From NCBI GenBank assembly GCA_951406725.2, contig OX597830.1, forward strand, positions 20,336,001 to 20,400,000: a DNA stretch of 64,000 nucleotides, read 5' to 3'. Source of the DNA: Octopus vulgaris. Its lineage: Eukaryota. Under the pieces are notes generated by a model. The model saw nothing but the letters and a program-made list of their open reading frames with translations. It made no database searches and was not told the origin of the DNA. The position numbers and the translations under genes are program-made. Positions 57,966 through 64,000 of this stretch are shown here, one piece after another. The stretch's first letter is position 1, and the number at the start of each line of letters is the position of its first letter.

Positions 57966-58200
57966 GGCACATCATATATGATGTGATGTGTAAAGTCGTG
58001 TGGTGTAGTGAGGAGAAGAGGTGGAGGGGAGAAGAAGGGGAGGGGAAGAAGAGGTGGAGGAGAGAGGGGGAGGGGAAGAGGAGAGGAGAAGGAAGGGGGA
58101 GGGGAGGAGAGGAGGGGGGGAAGGAAGGGGAAGAGGGGGAGGAAAGAGGGAGAGGGGGGGGAAAGAGGGAGAGTGGGAGAGAGAAGGGGGGGTATGTATG

Positions 58201-58260
<60 letters not shown>

Positions 58261-58279
58261 TGTATGTATGCATGTATGC

Positions 58280-58494
58280 AGTGTGCCTCCCACCAGCGTT
58301 TGACAATCGATGTTGGTGTGTTTACGTCTCCGTAACATTACCGGTTCGGCAAAAGCGACCGATAGAATAAGTACTAGGCTAACAAAGAATAAGTCCTACG
58401 GTCGATTTGTTCGACTAAAGGCGGTGCTCCAGCATGGCCGCAGTCAAAATGACTGAAACCAGTAAAAGAATTAAAAAAATTAATATAAATATAT

Positions 58495-58563
<69 letters not shown>

Positions 58564-58602
58564 CACACACATACATACATACATACATGCATACATACAT
58601 AC

Positions 58603-58662
<60 letters not shown>

Positions 58663-58808
58663 CATACATGTATATATATATATATGTATGTACGATGGGC
58701 TTCTTTCAGTTTCCGTCTACCAAATCCACTTACTGAAGGTGCCGCGCAGTGGGGCTGAACGCTGAGCCATGTGCTCGAGAAGTACACGTCCTACCACACA
58801 GCCACGCC
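58280..58808. mobile_element. SINE family B fragments (58280-58470 +, 58692-58808 -)
   Basis: Family B motifs. Confidence 0.8.
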
Positions 58809-59249
58809 TCTAAAATGAGAAGCTGGTAGCACGGGGCGGGCCCAGGCAATTTAGTATCAAAAGAGTTATGTTGGTCGAGTTACAGGTTATACGAAAGAGG
58901 AAATCAAAACGAGATACAAATATTAATAAATTCAGACTTGTTTCCATAGCAACAACTCAGCATATTTCAGATATTAGTACTTGTAATAGTTAGTAGGGTA
59001 AAATACAGTCTTGTCCTGACCATACATACAGAGAGAGAGAGAGAGAGAGAGAGAGGAATACATGCACAGATATATATAACAATACAGTATCTGTCTGTTA
59101 TAAACGTCTATATTACTTATTAAGGCGGTGAAATGGCGGACGTCGTTAAAGTGCGTTAGAGAATCTCTATTTTCTGAGTTCAAATTCTGTTTTCGTTCTC
59201 TCACTCTCTCTATGTATCTAAGCATTTATCTCTGTGTCTCACTGAACAT

Positions 59250-59397
59250 TTTCCTTCCCAACCACATGTTTGCAAGTTCAATCCCACTGCGTGGCACTTT
59301 GGGCAAGTGTCTTCCACTACAGCCTCGGCCCGATCAGAAACTTTTGAGTGGATTTGATAGACGGAAACCCAGAGAAGTTTGTGGTATATATATGTAT

Positions 59398-59479
<82 letters not shown>

Positions 59480-59576
59480 GGATGGATGGATGGATGGATG
59501 GATGGATGGATAGATAGATGGATGGATGGATGGATGGATGGATGGATGGATAGATAAGTTTCTTTATTGGCCACAC

Positions 59577-59616
<40 letters not shown>

Positions 59617-59624
59617 GTAGATAA

Positions 59625-59700
<76 letters not shown>

Positions 59701-59935
59701 GTGTGTGTGTTTATGTGATTGCTTGTGTGTGTGTCGTTGTGTCTGTGTTTGTGCCCCAGCACTGCTTGATAACCGGTGTCGGTGTTTTACGTCCTCCGTA
59801 ACTCATCGGCTCGGCAAAAAATAGACCAATAGAATAAGTACCAGGCGTATGGGGGTCGATTCTTTCGACTATAATTCTTCAAGGCGGTGCCCCAGTATGG
59901 CCACAGTCCAATGACTGAAACAAGTAAAAGAATAA
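59250..59935 (+). mobile_element. SINE family B with expanded internal (GATA)n/(GGAT)n
   Basis: 5' part 59250-59385 and 3' part 59730-59935 flank ~330 bp of microsatellite. Confidence 0.85.
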
Positions 59936-60177
59936 ATTGAATCACAAACACGAATTATCCACGACTGTCTTCTTATCTCCAAACAATAAACCTGCCCTTT
60001 TCTTTCGGGACGAATTCTTGATTCTTGAAATTATCTCCCCTTCTCACATGGGACTGGTGTTAATTGCCATTTGGTGATTGTGACAAATCCTTTGAGGCGG
60101 AGACAATTTTACTAAATCAGGAATTTTTCTGTGTTGTTCAAATATGCTGCAGCCCTCTTCGAGTTATTTCCCTTAGC

Positions 60178-60340
60178 TTATTACCTCCGCCTTAGCGATG
60201 GTGGAGGTATTGTTTTCAGTCGCGTTTGTTTGTTTGTTTGCCCATGGACAAGATATCTCAAGAACCACTGAATAGATCCGGATGAAACTTTCAGGGATGT
60301 TTGGCCTTGTGACTGGCACGAACTGATTAGATTTTGAGAC
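60178..60340 (+). mobile_element. Non-autonomous Helentron/DINE-like element 5' part
   Basis: ttattacctccgcc...ggtggaggt hairpin, then (gttt)n and gatatctcaagaacc...gatgaaactt, the typical layout of these elements. Confidence 0.65.
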
Positions 60341-60489
60341 ATAGGGGACAAACGGAAGTTGTAAGTTAGTGTACTTCCGGCTTGTTAAGTTTCCACTCGT
60401 TGTCACTCTTCTGTCGTTAGTAGAAGGAATGAAAAATGAGGTCACTATAAAGAGACATATGTACGTCCCTGTATTATAACCCTTTCAAC

Positions 60490-60697
60490 TAAAGGGCGCA
60501 AGGCCGGAAATTTTGGTGGGGAAAGCTTAGTCGATTACATCGACCCCAATGTGCAACTGGTATTTATTTCATCGCCTCCGAAAGGATGAAAGGCAAAGTC
60601 GACATCGGCAGGATTTGAACTCAGAACGTAAAGACGGACAAAACGCAGTTAAGTATTTTGCCCGGCCGGGCTAACGATTCTGCCAGCTCGTCGCCTT
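60490..60697 (-). mobile_element. SINE family A
   Basis: Core and head motifs. Confidence 0.88.
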
Positions 60698-61113
60698 GAC
60701 TTCATTGTATTATGATAATAAATGCTTGTTCAACATGAGAACCTCTCTCCGAGTGTCAGTGATTAGTACCTAATGATGGGCCGAAGAGAAATTACCAGTA
60801 ATCACGTGAAACCGCAGATTTTACATCAATGTGGCCCTCTTCGAGAAGGATGTTGTGACAAAAACTAGAGATCCCTCGCTTCCTGCTGGTTTGCTGAGCG
60901 CTCTGGCACCAATCAAGGGTATGTTTACATTTCCATGCTCAGATGGGTTGCGATCCCATGTGCCAGGTAACACATTGCTGGGAACCTAACAGGTGTTATT
61001 AATCCGCATCAGAGTAAACCTGAATGAACATGCCAGGACCCTGGTAGGGTTGCAATTTCAACGGTTACTAATCGATGCAGTAGAAACATATAGGTCTGTA
61101 GGTCTATTTGAAG

Positions 61114-61154
<41 letters not shown>

Positions 61155-61187
61155 CACACACACACATATATATATTCATACACACAT

Positions 61188-61273
<86 letters not shown>

Positions 61274-61359
61274 GTATGTATATATATATGTTTATATATA
61301 TACATACATATAAAAAGGAATTAAAGGCAATGCTATGCTACTTCGCAATAATCTTTATC

Positions 61360-61406
<47 letters not shown>

Positions 61407-61777
61407 TGATGTGTGTGTTTTGTGTGTGTGTGTGTGTAACTTTCAAGTTTCGGCTCAGTTGGAAGTAAGCCGAAACTTCGAAGTCCCTGTCAGCATATTC
61501 GTTGCGAAAATAAGATAAATGTGATAGTCTACTTAAATACTTTGAATGACCGTTTAATTATCGCTTGATTGTTTTTCTGTAGAACATAAACAAACAAATA
61601 CTCATATATATATACACACACACACGCACATATGCATACATGAATATATATAATATGCGAGTGTGTGTTTGTGTGTGTGACTGCGTGTGTGTACGTATAT
61701 GCATGTATGTATGTATGTATGTATGTATGTATGTATGTATGTATGTATGTATGTATGTATGTATATATATATGTATA

Positions 61778-61847
<70 letters not shown>

Positions 61848-62779
61848 CATATAAGCGTGTGTGCCTGAGATTGTGCGTATCTTCAGAAATATGTTCAAAC
61901 GTTGTTACATAGCAACAGTTTCTACCAGTTATTGATGTAATAGTAATGGAAAATATATTCCCATAGTGACCACATAATGGTGTGTATGTAGTGAAATATA
62001 TACATACATACATACACACATACATAAATACATACATAAACATACACACACATACACATACACATTCATACATTCATAGACTCATATACAAACATACATA
62101 TATATATATATATATATACATACATATATTAACAATTTATTTTCAGATGTTGCTTGTTATAATAAGTTAAACCAAATGGATTGAAATACTGGTCACGTGT
62201 GCAGTGACCTATGGTTATTATATAAGTAATTATATCGCTACACAGATCCACTTATCATATGTGTGTATGTGTGTGTGTGTGTTTGAATATATATATATAT
62301 ATATATATATTTATATTTACATTTATATAAATGCATACATATATATGTGTACATACATTTTCATACACATATGTACATATATAAACACATACACAAATAC
62401 GCATATATATATATTGTACGTAATTAGATTATATATGTTAATTAAATCATTTATATGAGTAATTAAATCATAGCACCGTTTCATTTATTAGTAGCTATCA
62501 GTGTTAGTGTAGCTACAATCCATTCGAATATTGATCGTATTCAGAGCGAGAATATTATGTATATATGTATATATATTTCTTCGCTAATATTTCTCCGGGT
62601 TACGTAACGGAGTAAAATGAGAGCCGTATGATGGGGATAACCTGATTAGAACCGCACCCCGAGTACAGGGCATATATATTGTTGGTGTGATTGATTAAAT
62701 CTGGGCTAGAAAGCTTCGACCAAGCAAGCCTATCATCGAAATCATTCTTCATTCCAGATATGACCTTCCCGTCTTTTAT

Positions 62780-62833
<54 letters not shown>

Positions 62834-62890
62834 TTCTCTTATCTTTTACTCCTTGGGGTCATTGGACTGCTTTCGTGCTATATCATCGTC

Positions 62891-63075
62891 TTAACCCTTT
62901 AGGTTTAAACCAGCCACACCCAGTCAAAATCCCCTCTCTGTCTTAAGTTTAAACTAGCCATATCTGGCCTCTCACACCTACCCTGAAAGGTCATTCTGAA
63001 AAGTAAACAGCCACATTATTGAAATCTCAAATCTACAAGATAATGCATGATTAATTCAAAACAATTTGAATAAAT
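62891..63075 (+). mobile_element. Possible piggyBac-like MITE fragment
   Basis: Begins ttaa|ccctt with an internal repeated tttaaac.agcca motif; other end not seen. Confidence 0.35.
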
Positions 63076-63079
63076 ATTG

Positions 63080-63625
63080 GTTTTAAATTTTTGACACAAG
63101 GCCCGCAATTTCTTGGGGATGGGATGGGGGGGTTAAGTCGGTAATGTCGACCCCAGTGTTCAACTGGTACTTATTTTATCGACTCTGAAAGGATGAAAGG
63201 CAAAGTCGACCTCGACGGAATTTGAGTAGCGGTCGTAATGGCGTCAAGCATTCTGTTCGGCATACTCTTTAGTCTTTACTCTTTAATTTTTACTCTTTTA
63301 CTGGTTTCAGTCATTTGACTGCGGCCATGCTGGAGCACCGCATTTAGTCGAGCAAATCGACCCCAGGACTTATTCTTTGTAAGCTTAGTACTTATTCTAT
63401 CGGTATCTTTTGCAAACATACACACACACACAAACATACACACATACACACACACACGCACACACATATATTATATATATACATATATACGACGGGATTC
63501 TTTCAGTTTCCGTCTACCAAATCCACTCACAAGGCTTTGGTCGACCCGAGGCTATAGTAGAAGACACTTGTCCAAGGTGCCGCGCAGTGGGACTGAACCC
63601 GGAACCATGTGGTTGGTAATCATGC
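63080..63625 (-). mobile_element. SINE family A fragment (63080-63260) followed by SINE family B (63275-63625)
   Basis: Family motifs. Confidence 0.88.
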
Positions 63626-63644
63626 TAAATACCACACGACCACT

Positions 63645-63645
63645 C

Positions 63646-63676
<31 letters not shown>

Positions 63677-63745
63677 CATACATACATACATACATGCATG
63701 CATACACCCATACATACATATACATGCATGCACATACATACACAT

Positions 63746-63776
<31 letters not shown>

Positions 63777-64000
63777 CATCCATACATACAACCATACTTA
63801 TATACATGCATACATACATACATACATACATACATACATGCATGCACATACATACACATATACATACATACATACATACATACATACATACATACATACA
63901 TACATACATACATACATACATACATACATACATACATACATACATACATACATACATACATACATACATACATGTATGTGCATGTATATTTATGCATGTA
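63645..64000. repeat. (TACA)n microsatellite
   Basis: Direct inspection. Confidence 0.98.

Overview
AT-rich, microsatellite-saturated eukaryotic non-coding DNA. The repeat repertoire (abundant tRNA-derived SINE families, mariners, RTE/R4/Penelope relics, long (TA)n/(TACA)n/(ATCT)n/triplet tracts) most resembles an Octopus genome; this is recognition from memory, not a database result. I find no confident host protein-coding exon, and almost all ORFs in the track are translated microsatellites. Recognisable coding relics are all transposon-derived: three mariner families with TIRs, a DUF4817/Tc1-like transposase split by a solo LTR and an inversion, two Penelope-like (GIY-YIG) remnants, and RTE, R4/Dong and CR1-like 3' ends. 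The most interesting signal is a set of at least five unrelated short elements sitting in or beside (TA)n tracts that carry type I hammerhead ribozyme (HHR) folds. One is fully canonical (minus strand, 47260-47339) inside a 431-bp unit with a 130-bp terminal redundancy, a retrozyme- or circRNA-like layout. Others have recurrent non-canonical cores (CCGANGA, CUGUYGA, and a G3-C8 compensated GUGAACA). All folds were derived by eye and need computational and biochemical confirmation.
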